Assembly: GCA_951406725.2 (NCBI GenBank)
Contig: OX597829.1
Location: forward strand, 25,420,001 to 25,484,000
Reading direction: 5' to 3'
Origin: Octopus vulgaris
Taxonomy: Eukaryota
DNA: 64,000 nt
A program made the position numbers and the translations under genes. Of this stretch, positions 28,152-47,316 are shown piece by piece. Every line of letters starts with the position of its first letter. Position 1 is the stretch's first letter. Below the pieces are notes generated by a model. The model worked only from the letters and a program-made list of their open reading frames with translations, had not been told where the DNA came from and ran no database searches.

Positions 28152-30237
28152 ATCATCATCATCATCATCATCATCGTTTAACGTCCGCTTTCCATGCTAG
28201 CATGGGTTGGACGGTTCAACTGGGGTCTGGGAAGCCCGAAGGCTGCACCAGGCCAGTCAGATGTGGCAGTGTTTCTACAGCTGGATGCCCTTCCTAACGC
28301 CAACCACTCCGAGAGTGTAGTGGGTGATTTTATGTGCCACCGACACAGGTGCCAGACGAGGCTGGCAGACGGCCACGCTCGGATGGTGTTTTTTATGTGC
28401 CACCGACACAGGTGCCAGACGAGGCTGGCAGACGGCCACGCTCGGATGGTGTTTTCTTATGTGTCACCGACACAGGTGCCAGACGAGGCTGGCGGACGGC
28501 CACGCTCGGATGGTGTTTGTTACGTGCCCTCAGCACGGAGGCCAGTCATTGCGGTACTGGCTACGGTCACGTTCGGATGGTTTTCTTATGTGCCACCGGC
28601 ACTGGTACCACAAGGATACAAATTCCATTGATGTTCATCTATTTTGATTTGGTTCGATTTGATTCGATACGATTCGATTCTCACTTGCCTCAACAGGTCT
28701 TCACAAGTGTCACAAGAAGGAAGGTATGCACAGGTGGACTGACTACGTCCCAGGTAGGGGCCACGGATTATGGCTTCACTAGTCTTGCCGGGTCTTCTCA
28801 CGCACAGCATACTTCCATAGGTCTCGGTCTCTAGTCATTTCCATGGTGAGACCTAACGTCCGAAGGTCGTGCTTCACCACCTCGTCCCAGGTTTTCCTGG
28901 GTCTACCTCTTCCACGGGTTCCCTCAACTGCTAGGGATTGGCACTTTCTCACACACCTATCTTCATCCATTCTCGCCACATGACCATACCAGCGCAATCG
29001 TCTCTCTTGCACACAACAACTGATGCTTCTTAGGTACAACATTTCTCTCAAGGTACTAACGCTCTGTCGAGTAAGTACACTGACATTACACATCCATCGG
29101 AGCATACTGGCTTCGTTCCTCACGAGCTTACGCATGTCCTCAGAAGTCACGGCCCATGTTTCACTGCCATGTAGCATAGCTGTTCGTACACATGCATCAT
29201 ACAGTCTGCCTTTTACTCTGAGCGAGAGGCCTTTAGTCACCAGCAGAGGTAAGAGCTCCCTAAACTTTGCCCAGGCTATTCTTATTCTAGCAGTTACACT
29301 TTCAGCGCACCCACCCCCACTACTGACTTGGTCACCTAGATAGCGGAAGCTATCAACTACTTCTAGTTTTTCCCCCGGAAAGTGACAGAAGTTGTTTTCT
29401 GCAGATTTTCGGAGGTCAATGCTCCAGAGCACCTGCCACATACAAAAAAACTATCTTCCCAGTTAGCCTACCTTTGACATTGCTGCACCTCTTATGTGTC
29501 CATAGCTTACACTGGGTACATCTTATAGAGTTTCTGCCTACACCTTTTCTACAGATCGAGCAGGGCCATCTTCCTGAGGATAGTTGTGGGTTTTCTACCT
29601 TTCTACTTATTAGTACTTTGGTTTTAGCTAGGTTGACTCTAAGGCCCCTCGATTCTAAACCCTCCTTCCACACCTGGAACTTCTCCTCCAGTTCTGATAG
29701 TGACTCAGCGATTAGAGCGAGGTCGTCAGCATAGAGGAGCTCCCAGGGGCAACCTGTCTTGAATTCCTCTGTTATTGCCTGGAGTACTATGATAAATAGG
29801 AGGGGGCTGAGTACTGAACCCTGGTGGACCCCAACCTCTACTTTGAATTCTTCTGTGTACATGTTGCCAACTCTAACCTTACTTACGGCATCTCTGTACA
29901 TGGCTTGCACAGCCCTCACCAGCCATTCATCTATCCCTAGTTTCCTCATTGACCACCAGATGAGGGATCGGGGGACCCTATCAAAGGCTTTCTCCATGTC
30001 AACGAAAGCCAGGTACAGGGGCTTATCCTTGGCTAGGTATTTCTCCTGCAGCTGCCTTACCAGGAATATAGCATCAGTGGTGCTTTTCCCTGGGACAAAC
30101 CCAAACTGCATCTCATCTAAACTAACTCTCTCTCTAATTAGTTGGGCTATGACCCTCTCCGTAACCTTCATTACCTGATCCAACAGCTTGATACCTCTGT
30201 AATTATTTGTATCCAGGGCATCACCTTTACCTTTGTA
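28152..30237 (-). mobile_element. RTE-clade LINE, second near-identical tandem copy
   Basis: Same motifs plus NYRGIKLL; slightly longer at the 5' side. Confidence 0.93.
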
Positions 30238-31512
<1,275 letters not shown>

Positions 31513-32302
31513 GGAGGGATTGCAATCCCAGAGGCACAATCAGTGCGTGACCTTGGTATTCACATGAGTGATGACGCGACCTTTCATGTACATGTTGCTA
31601 AACTGACAATGAAATGTAGACGGCTGGCTGGATGGATTCTTAGAACCTTTAGAACAAGAGAACAAGAAACCATGATGGTCCTCTGGAAGACACTTGTCCT
31701 AAGCCACTTTGACTATTGCTCTCAGCTATGGTCACCATCCAGTGTCAAGTTGATCACAGAACTTGAGGCGATCCAACGAAGCTACACAAAGAAGATAGCC
31801 TCTATGCAGAATGTAAGCTACTGGGAAAGACTCAAGAGATTAAAATTATATTCCCTGGAGCGTAGGCGGGAAAGATATGCCATAATATACATCTGGAAGA
31901 TCCTGGAGGGAAGTGTCCTGAACTTTGGCATCGAGAGTTACGCAAATGCCAGAACTGGGCGCCACTGCGTGGTGCCTAGGACTCCAAACCTGCCATCAAG
32001 ATGTAGGACAAGATTCTGTGATAGCCTGGGCTTCCGAGGCCCACAGCTCTTCAATATCCTCCCGAAGAACCTGAGAGACCTGCATGGGGTGGATACAAAT
32101 GTCTTTAAAATGAAGCTGGATCTCTTCCTGTCAGGTGTCCCAGATGAACCAACTTCACGGCAGGAGGGGCAGATGAGGGCAGCTGCATCGAACTCTCTCA
32201 TGCACCAAATAGCAGTTGCTAGAAAGCCTCCATGAAGTGAAACCAAGTAGCAACACCAAATGGCGGTGCCCCAGCATGGCCACAGCTCATAGCTGAAACT
32301 AG

Positions 32303-32333
<31 letters not shown>
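31513..32333 (+). mobile_element. CR1/L2-group LINE, family B, 3' fragment
   Basis: Near-identical to 37642-38455; (AATC)n tail. Confidence 0.92.
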
Positions 32334-33392
<1,059 letters not shown>

Positions 33393-34871
33393 TGCTAAAA
33401 ATTATAGGCCTATCTCTCTGACCTCACACATCAGCAAAGTCATGGAACGAATAGTCCGTAAGAAACTAATCATGTTCCTTGAAGAAAATGACTTACTGTC
33501 TGACACCCAGCATGGATTTCGACCAGGTAGAGGCTGCCTAACACAGCTCCTGCAACACTATGACTGGGTGTTGAAACAGCTACTAAATGGCTCAAATGTG
33601 GATGTAATATATCTTGACTTTGCAAAAGCCTTTGATAAAGTCGACCATGGTATGATCTGTCACAAACTGCGTGGTCTCGGCATAGGCGGGAAACTTGGAG
33701 AGTGGCTGCACAACTTCCTAAAAGACAGAAAACAGGCAGTTGTGAGCAATGGAGCCACCTCCAGGGAAACGCAAATAACAAGCGGTGTCCCACAGGGCAC
33801 TGTCTTGGGGCCACTGATGTTCATAGTGGCCCTTTCAGACATGCCTTCAGTTGCTACGATGACCACCCTTGCTAGCTATGCAGATGACACAAAAGTCTCC
33901 CACGCAATACAAAACCCTGAAAATATTGCGCATCTGCAACATGAGCTGGACACAATATACAGGTGGGCTGAGGACAACAACATGCAGTTTAATGCAGGTA
34001 AGTTCCAGGCCCTGCGCTACTGGCACACAAAGGTAAATGACGTGAAGACTGGATACACTGGCCCAGGAAGAATTGCAATCCCTGAGTCAAAATCAGTGCG
34101 TGACCTGGGCATTGACATGAGCAATGATGCATCTTTCCAAATGCATATTGCTAATCTGGTGATAAAATGCAGACGGCTAGCTGGATGGATTCTCCGAACT
34201 TTCAGAACAAGAGAGAAGGAGACACTGATGGTCCTATGGAAAAACATTTGTCCTCAGCCGCTTGGACTACTGCTCCCAACTTTGGTCACCACACAATATA
34301 AAACAAACAGCAGAACTCGAAGCAACTCAGAGAAGCTACACAAAGAAAATCGTCTCAATGCAAAATGTCAGCTACTGGGAAAGACTGAAGGTATTAAACC
34401 TCTTCTCCCTGGAGCGGAGGCGGGAGAGATATGCAGTGATATACATCTGGAAAATCCTGGAGGGTCTTGTCCCAAACTTTGGCATTCAAAGTTACTCCAA
34501 CCGCAGAACGGGGCGCCGCTGCGTGGTGCCAAGGATTCCAACATCACCATCAAAATACAGGTCCAGATACTGCAACAGCTTGGGTTTCAGAGGACCACAG
34601 CTCTTTAACATCCTCCCTAAATGCCTGAGAGACTTACATGGTGTGGATGTGGGTTTCTTTAAAACTAAACTGGATCTCTTCTTGTTGGGAGTCCCAGATG
34701 AACCTACCTCACGACAGGAGACACGGATGCGGGCAGCAGCATCGAACTCCCTTGTTGATCAAGTGCCACGTATCAGAGGTGGATTCACAAACTAGTGTAG
34801 CTCATTCAGCGGTGGTGCCCCAGCATGGCCGCGGCCTTCGGGCCAAAACATTTTTAAGGATTTAAGGATTT
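33393..34871 (+). mobile_element. CR1/L2-group LINE, family C, RT plus 3' end
   Basis: [43 protein letters not shown]; one frameshift near 34245; (TTTAAGGA)n tail. Confidence 0.92.
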
Positions 34872-35773
<902 letters not shown>

Positions 35774-35776
<3 letters not shown>

Positions 35777-38455
35777 GCAAGTTTGAGGACTGCCTTTTAA
35801 AAATAGAAGAAGTTCTAACCACATTAGAACAACACATAAGTGTACTTCTCATGGGAGACTTCAATCTACCGAATGTCAGATGGCCCGAGGGCCTTTCTCT
35901 CCCAGGAATGACAAGATGTGAACGAGGACAGGCGAGGTCCCTCCTGAACCTCACCAACACCCTGTACATGGAGCAAGTAATACTCCAACCAACCAGAGCA
36001 GGTAACACACTGGATCTCTGCTTCACAAATAATATGGATCTCATCCATAATGTGAAAGTGACACCGACACTACTCTCGGATCACAACATGGTAGAGCTGA
36101 CCATGTACAGGCCAAAAGAGAGCACGGACATGCAGCCTACAAGAAACCCTCAGAATCTTTCCAGCTTGAACTTCAATAAGGCAAACTGGAAACAAATTGA
36201 GAAAGAGATCCTCAAACAAAACTGGCCTGAATGTCTCTCCTCACCGGACATCGACATGATACTTCAACAATTCATGTCTGTAATGCAAGCCATATGCTAC
36301 AAATGTGTCCCAGAGAGAAAGGCCACTGTACACAAGAACAAAATCCCCAGAGAGAGGAAAATTTTAATGAGACGGCGTACAAAAATTTCAAATCGCCTAA
36401 ACAAACAAATTGAAAGCAGTGAAAAGTCCCGCCTGAAAATAAAACTGTTGGAAATTGAAAATTGTCTGCAACTCTCCCATGAGAAGGAAAGAGCAGACAA
36501 AGAAGCCTGGGCTATAGACAACATAAAAACTAACCCCAGAGCTTTCTACAGGTATGCCAAAGAAACAGCTACGGTGCACTGTAGGATAGGGCCACTCCTT
36601 GAAAAGGATGGCACACTCACAGGAAAACCAATGAGGGTAAGTGAAATACTGAATGAACAATTCAAGAGTGTTTTCACTCCACCCCTTGGGCATTTCCAAA
36701 TCAGCAATCCAACTGACTTCTTTACCACTGCAGATATAGAATCAGAGGCGGCGACGATAAATTACATCGATATAAAGGAAGACGATGTAATAAAGGCTAT
36801 AGATGAAATGAAAATAGACTCAGCTATTGGCCCCGATGGATTCCCGGCAATCCTCCTAGCAAGACCACTGCAGTTCCTCTTTCAGAGCTTCCTTGCAGCT
36901 GGCAAACTTCCAAGAAAACTGAAGGAAGGTAAAATATGCCCTATTCATAAAGGAGGTAGCAGAGCGGAAGCCAAGAACTACAGACCTATCTCTCTGACCT
37001 CACACATCAGCAAGGTCATGGAACGAATAGTCAGAAGGAAACTAATCACCTTCCTTGAAGAAAATGACTTGCTGCCTGACACCCAACATGGTTTCCGACC
37101 AGGAAGAAGCTGCTTAACTCAGCTCCTGCAGCACTATGACTGGGTGCTGAAACAACTGCTCAACCACTCAAATGTGGAAGTCATATATCTCGACTTCGCA
37201 AAGGCCTTCGATAAAGTCGATCATGGAATGATATGTCACAAACTGCGTGATCTTGGCATAGTTGGAAAACTAGGAGAATGGCTTCACGACTTTCTGAAGA
37301 ATAGAAGTCAGGTGGTAGTAGCCAATGGGGCCACTTCCATTAGCACGCAAATAGTGAGCGGTGTTCCACAGGGCACTGTTTTGGGACCACTACTGTTCAT
37401 AATGGCCCTCTCAGACATGCCCTCAGCCACGCGGAGAGCCACAATCACAAGTTATGCAGATGATACAAAAGTTTCACAGGCAATACAGAACCCTGAAGAC
37501 ACTAGGCACCTGCAATATGAGCTGGACGAAATATAGAAGTGGGCTGAAAAGAATAGCATGCAGTTCAATGCTGAAAAGTTTCAAGCTTTATACTATCAGC
37601 ATGCAAAACTGAATGCAATACCCAAGGAATACACTGGACCCGGAGGGATTGCAATCCCAGAGGCACAATCAGTGCGTGACCTGGGTATTCACATGAGTGA
37701 TGACGCGACCTTTCATGTACATGTTGCTAAACTGACAATGAAATGCAGATGGCTGGCTGGATGGATTCTTAGAACCTTTAGAACAAGAGAACAAGAAACC
37801 ATGATGGTCCTCTGGAAGACACTTGTCCTAAGCCACTTTGACTATTGCTCTCAGCTATGGTCACCATCCAGTGTCAAGTTGATCACAGAACTTGAGGCGA
37901 TCCAACGAAGCTACACGAAGAAGATAGCCTCTATGCAGAATGTAAGCTACTGGGAAAGACTCAAGAGATTAAAATTATATTCCCTGGAGCGTAGGCGGGA
38001 AAGATATGCCATAATATACATCTGGAAGATCCTGGAGGGAAGTGTCCTGAACTTTGGCATCGAGAGTTACGCAAATGCCAGAACTGGGCGCCACTGCGTG
38101 GTGCCTAGGACTCCAAACTTGCCATCAAGATGTAGGACAAGATTCTGTGATAGCCTGGGCTTCCGAGGCCCACAGCTCTTCAATATCCTCCCGAAGAACC
38201 TGAGAGACCTGCATGGGGTGGATACAGATGTCTTTAAAATGGAGCTGGATCTCTTCCTGTCAGGTGTCCCAGATGAACCAACTTCACGGCAGGAGGGGCA
38301 GATGAGGGCAGCTGCATCGAACTCTCTCATGCACCAAATAGCAGTTGCTAGAAAGCCTCCATGAAGTGAAACCAAGTAGCAACACCAAATGGCGGTGCCC
38401 CAGCATGGCCACAGCTCATAGGCTGAAACTAGAATCAATCAATCAATCAATCAAT
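35774..38455 (+). mobile_element. CR1/L2-group LINE, family B, longest copy (partial APE endonuclease plus RT)
   Basis: GDFNLP, LDLCFTN, SDHN (APE C-terminal half); full RT motifs; a single in-frame TAG at 37534-37536 splits ORFs 35773-37536 and 37558-38364. Confidence 0.95.
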
Positions 38456-38476
38456 ATACATATACATATATATATA

Positions 38477-39486
38477 TCATCATCATCATCATTTAATGTC
38501 CGCTTTCCATGCTAGCATGGGTTGGACGGTTCAACTGGGGTCTGGGGCGCCCAAAGGCTGCACCAGGCCAGTCAGATCTGGCAGTGTTTCTACAGCTGGA
38601 TGCCCTTCCTAACGCCAACCACTCCGAGAGTGTAGTGGGTGATTCTTTCTGCCACCGACACAGGTGCCAGACGAGGCTGGCGAACGGCCACGCTTGGATG
38701 GTGTTTTTTATGTGCCACCGACACAGGTGCCAGACGAGGCTGGCGAACGGCCACGCTCGGATGGTGTTTTTATGTGCCACCGACATAGGTGCCAGACAAG
38801 GCTAGCAGACGACCACGCTCGGATGGTGTTTTTTTTTTATGTGCCACCGACACAGGTGCCAGACGAGGCTGGCGAACGGCCACGCTCGGATGGTGTTTTT
38901 ATGTGCCACCGACACAGGTGCCAGACAAGGCTGGCAGACGACCACGCTCGGATGGTGTTTTATGTGCCACCGACACAGGTGCCAGACGAGGCTGGCGAAC
39001 GGCCACGCTCGGATGGTGTTTTTATGTGCCACCGACACAGGTGCCAGACAAGGCTAGCAGACGACCACGCTCGGATGGTGTTTTTTATGTGCCACCGACA
39101 CAGGTGCCAGACGAGGCTGGCGAACGGCCACGCTCGGATGGTGTTTTTTTATGTGCCACCGACACAGGTGCCAGACAAGGCTAGCAGACGACCACGCTCG
39201 GATGGTGTTTTTATGTGCCACCGACACAGGTGCCAGACGAGGCTGGCGAACGGCCACGCTCGGATGGTGTTTTTTATGTGCCACCGACACAGGTGCCAGA
39301 CAAGGCTAGCAGACGACCACGCTCGGATGGTGTTTTTTTTTTTATGTGCCACCGACACAGGAGCCAGATTTGGCTGGCGATCGGCCACGATTGGGTGGTG
39401 ATTGTTACGTGCCCACAGCATGGAGGCCAGTCGGTGCGGTACTGGCTACACCCACGTTCGGATGGTATTCTTGTGTGCCACCGGCA
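38477..39486 (-). mobile_element. RTE 3' UTR with expanded ~62-nt tandem array
   Basis: (cat)n tail, family UTR, about 13 units of tgccaccgacacaggtgccagac...ggatggtgttttta. Confidence 0.9.
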
Positions 39487-39984
<498 letters not shown>

Positions 39985-39986
<2 letters not shown>

Positions 39987-40386
39987 GTTGAGGCCCAAAT
40001 ATTCTCTAATTTCACTGGTCCCACTCCTGAACTATATGGTCGTTACATTGACGATATTATCGGTGCCACCTCACTCTCCCGTGCACATCTAGATTCCTTC
40101 CTCTCTTTCGTTCAATCTTTCGGTTAGCATTCTTCACTCCACTCTTACCACCTCCATTCACTACAAACACACAGACTCACACTCATACCTCAACTTCTCT
40201 TCCTCCCACCCAGAACACACCAAGCTTTCCATCCCCTATTCCCAATTCCTCCGTCTACGTAGGCTCTGTAGTGACGACCATGACTGTGAGACTCAGTCTC
40301 AACGTATGGCTCACCACTTCATCCTACGTGGATACCCCCTCACCACTATCCACACCGCCCTTGCCAGAGCACGTTCCGTAGACCGT
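39985..40386 (+). mobile_element. Penelope-like element RT fragment
   Basis: [45 protein letters not shown]; internal deletion. Confidence 0.85.
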
Positions 40387-40596
40387 TCGCCAGCCTCGTC
40401 TGGCACCTGTGTCGGTGGCACATAAAATCACCCACTACACTCTCGGAGTGGTTGGCGTTAGGAAGGGCATCCAGCTGTAGAAACACTGCCAGATCTGACT
40501 GGCCTGGTGCAGCCTTCGGGCTCCCCAGACACCAGTTGAACCGTCCAACCCATGCTAGCATGGAAAGCGGACGTTAAATGATGATGATGATGATGA
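40383..40596 (+). mobile_element. RTE 3' stub
   Basis: Family UTR ending gcggacgttaaa(tga)n. Confidence 0.88.
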
Positions 40597-40797
40597 TATA
40601 TATATATATACACACACACATATATATATATACACACACACATATATATATACACACATATATATATATACACACACATATATATACACACACACATATA
40701 TATACACACACACACATACACACACATATATATATACACACATATACATATACATACACACATATACATATACACATATATATACACACACATATAC

Positions 40798-40828
<31 letters not shown>

Positions 40829-41101
40829 TATACATATATCTATATATACACACACATATACATATATACGCATATACATATACACACATATACATATACA
40901 TATATCTATATATACACACACATATACATATATACGCATATACATATACACACATATACATATACATATATCTGTATATACACACACATATACATATATA
41001 CGCATATACATATACACACATATATATACACATATACATATACACATATATATATATACATATATACACAAATATACATACACATATACATATACACACA
41101 C

Positions 41102-41132
<31 letters not shown>

Positions 41133-41385
41133 TACACATATACATATGCACACATATATATATATATACACACATATACATATACACATATATATATATA
41201 TACACACATATACATATACACATATATATATATATACACACATATACATATACACATATATATATATATACACACATATACATATGCACATATATATATA
41301 TATACACACATATACATATGCACATATATATATATATACACACATATACATATACACATATATATATATATATACACATATACAC

Positions 41386-41416
<31 letters not shown>

Positions 41417-41903
41417 TATACACATATATATATATATGCACATATACATATACATATATATATACACACATATACATATACACATATATACATACACACA
41501 TATACATATATACACATATACATATACACATATACGTATACACATATATATACACACATATACATACACACATATACATATATACACATATACATATACA
41601 CATATACGTATACACATATATATACACACATATATATACAAATATATATATACACACATATATATATACATATATATATATATACACAGACATATATATA
41701 CACACATATATATACACAGACATATATATATACACACGCATATATATACACATATATATACACACACACATATATATATATACACATATATATATACACA
41801 CATATATATATATACACACACACATATATATATATACACATATATATATATACTCTTTTACTCTTTTAGAGTATATATATATATGTGTGTATATATATAT
41901 ATA

Positions 41904-41959
<56 letters not shown>

Positions 41960-42874
41960 TATATATATATATACACACACATATATATATACATATACAC
42001 ACACATATATATACATATACACACACATATATATATACACACACACACATATATATATATACACACACATATATATATACACACACACACATATATATAT
42101 ACACACACACATATATATACACATACATATATATACACATACATATATATACACACACATATATATACACCCATATATATATATATTTACACATATATAT
42201 ATACACATATATATATACATACACACATATATATATACATACACATATATACACATATATATATATATATACACACATATATATATACACATATATATAT
42301 ACACACATATATATATACACATATATATATATATATATACACACATATATATACACACACATATATATATATATACACACACATATATATATATACACAC
42401 ACATATATATATATACACACACATATATATATATACACACACATATACATATATACACACATATATATATATACACACATATATATATATACACACATAT
42501 ATATATATACACACATATATATATACACACATATATATATATACACATATATATATATACACATATATATATATATACACACATATATATATATACACAT
42601 ATATATATATATACACACATATATATATATACACATATATATATATATATATACACACATATATATACACACACATATATATATATATACACACACATAT
42701 ATATATATACACACACATATATATATATACACACACATATATACATATACACACACATATATATATATACACACACATATATATATATATACACACACAC
42801 ATATATATATATATACACACACATATATATATATATACACATATATATATATATATACACACATATATATATAT

Positions 42875-42929
<55 letters not shown>

Positions 42930-42958
42930 TATATATATATACACATATATATATACAC

Positions 42959-42989
<31 letters not shown>

Positions 42990-43134
42990 TATATATATAC
43001 ACACATATATATATATACACACATATATATATATATACACACATATATATATATATACACACATATATATATATATACACACATATATATATATATACAC
43101 ACATATATATATATATACACATATATATATATAT

Positions 43135-43193
<59 letters not shown>

Positions 43194-43217
43194 CACATAT
43201 ATATATATATACACACA
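40597..43217. repeat. (TA)/(CA) compound array
   Basis: Direct inspection. Confidence 0.95.
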
Positions 43218-43456
43218 CAAAAAACATCCGAGCGTGGCCGTTCGCCAGCCTCGTCTGGCACATGTGTCGGTGGCACATAAAATCACCCACTACACTCTCG
43301 GAGTGGTTGGCGTTAGGAAGGGCATCCAGCTGTAGAAACACTGCCAGATCTGACTGGCGTGGTGCATCTTCGTGCTCCTCAGACCCCAGTTGAACCGTCC
43401 AACCCATGCTAGCATGGAAAGCGGACGTTAAATGATGATGATGATGATGATGATGA
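43218..43456 (+). mobile_element. RTE 3' stub
   Basis: Family UTR and (tga)n tail. Confidence 0.88.
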
Positions 43457-43665
43457 TACACATATATATATATACACACACACACACATATATATATATA
43501 TGTATATATATATATACACACATATATATATATATACACACACACATATATATATACACATATATATATATACACACATATATATATATACACATATATA
43601 TATATATATACACACACACATATATACACACACACACATATATATACACACATATATACATATAT

Positions 43666-43698
<33 letters not shown>

Positions 43699-44022
43699 CA
43701 CACACACATATATATATATATATATACACACACATATATATATACACACATATATATATACACACATATATATATACACACATATATATATACACACATA
43801 TATATATACACACATATATATATACACATATATATATATACACATATATATATATATATACACATATATACACATATATATATATATATACATATATATA
43901 TAACACATATATATATATATACACATATATATATATATACACATATATATATATACACATATATATATATACACATATATATATACACATATATATATAC
44001 ACACATATATATATATACACAC

Positions 44023-44075
<53 letters not shown>

Positions 44076-44262
44076 TCATCATCATCATCATCATCATCGT
44101 CGTTTAACGTCCGTTCTCCATGCTAGCATGGGTTGGACGGTTTGACCGGGGTTCTGGGAAGCCAGAAGGCTGCACCAGGCTCCAGTCTAATCTGGCAATG
44201 TTTCTACAGCTGGATGCCCTTCCTAACGCCAACCACTCCGTGAGTGTAGTGGGTGCTTTTTA
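44076..44262 (-). mobile_element. RTE 3' stub
   Basis: (cat)n tail and family UTR. Confidence 0.88.
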
Positions 44263-46001
<1,739 letters not shown>

Positions 46002-47316
46002 CATGATGCTGAGAGAATCGAGGATATGGAAATCAGGCGTAACCCACCAGAGGTGAAAACAGCCAGGAAGTGGAAAGCAGAAGCAGAAACTGACAACATC
46101 TTGTCTTCTCTTACACACAGAGATATGGTGGGAGCAACGCAGAACCATCGGAAAGGATTTGGTTTTGGCACAGATCAGTTCAGACCGTTTGCAAGCATGA
46201 TGCCGTGTGAACACAGATCTGTTGTTAGCAACAGCGTCAAAACAAGAGAAGCAGAGAGAAGAGAGCTTCATTTGATCCGATGTGTTCATCAAGGTCAGAT
46301 GACGAGATGGGAAGAACATGTTGTTGAGAGGAAGATAAGTTGGGATGAGATGTGGAAGTGGACGACATCTCGGCTGAGTTTCCTGATTCGTTCATCTTAT
46401 GATGTTTTGCCATCACCTACGAATCTAGTCAGATGGAACGTCTTAGAGAATGACATCTGCAAATGTGGAAAAGTCGGTACACTAAAACATATTCTTTCCA
46501 ACTGTTCATTAGCATTGAACAGGTACACATGGAGGCACAACTTGGTCCTTAAGGTTATCTTCAATGCTATAAAGAACCAAATTCATCTCAACAACACTGA
46601 GGAAAAATCGTTAAAAGTACCATCAAGAGAGTTCATTACCTTCGTGCGACCAAGTCAGCAGATCCGTTTTAAGAAGAAGACCAAGAAACTTCCTGAGAAA
46701 AATGAAAAGTGGAACGGCTATTGGGAGGTAACTGCAGATTTACCTGGGTGCCAGGTTTTCTTTCCCATCCCAGTTTCGAAAAAACCAGATATTTTGATGT
46801 GGTGTGAAAGAAAGAAAGTTGTAAATATAGTCGAGCTAATGGTTCCTCACGAAGATAATATGGACGCCGACGAGCTCGAAAATTAAACCGTTATGAAAAC
46901 CTCCTCGAGGAATGTGAAGAAGCAGGCTGGAAAGTGGAACATTTTCCTATCGAAGTCGGATGTAGAGGGTTTGTAGGACACAGCGTGAGACGACTGTTGT
47001 TATCGTTAGGCCTAACTCATCATAAAGTCAATACCACCATGACTGATATCCAATCTACAGTGGAGAAGGCTAGCCACTGGATTTGGTTAAAAAGAGACGA
47101 TGAGCGATGGCTAGAAGTATATTGAGTTCTTCATAACCAGCTGAACTAGCAAGCGGGGCCTCATATCAGTGAGGGGGGGCCGGTGCGCATTGATGCCGTC
47201 GAGAGGTAGGCCCCGAAACGGCGCGCATTCTCTCCTGATGACCCCATACACTTGCTAGCTTCCGATATATGGAGCTTTTAACTGGTAGCACTTGCATGTG
47301 CAAGTTGTTTGCAAGA
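46002..47316 (+). mobile_element. HERO-like non-LTR retrotransposon (restriction-like endonuclease class), 5'-truncated
   Basis: [14 protein letters not shown] knuckle [29 protein letters not shown]...IVELMVP (PD-(D/E)xK type), PIEVGCRGF; structured 3' UTR. Confidence 0.85.
47146..47258 (+). ncRNA. Candidate permuted/pseudoknotted hammerhead-like RNA in HERO 3' UTR
   Basis: GUC 47198-47200, GAAA 47215-47218, CUGAUGA 47235-47241 with in-register stems; see findings. Confidence 0.5.

Noticed and set aside
38650-39486. CRISPR-like look of the ~62-nt array
   Set aside because: No unique spacers, no cas genes, eukaryotic context; it is the RTE 3' UTR repeat.
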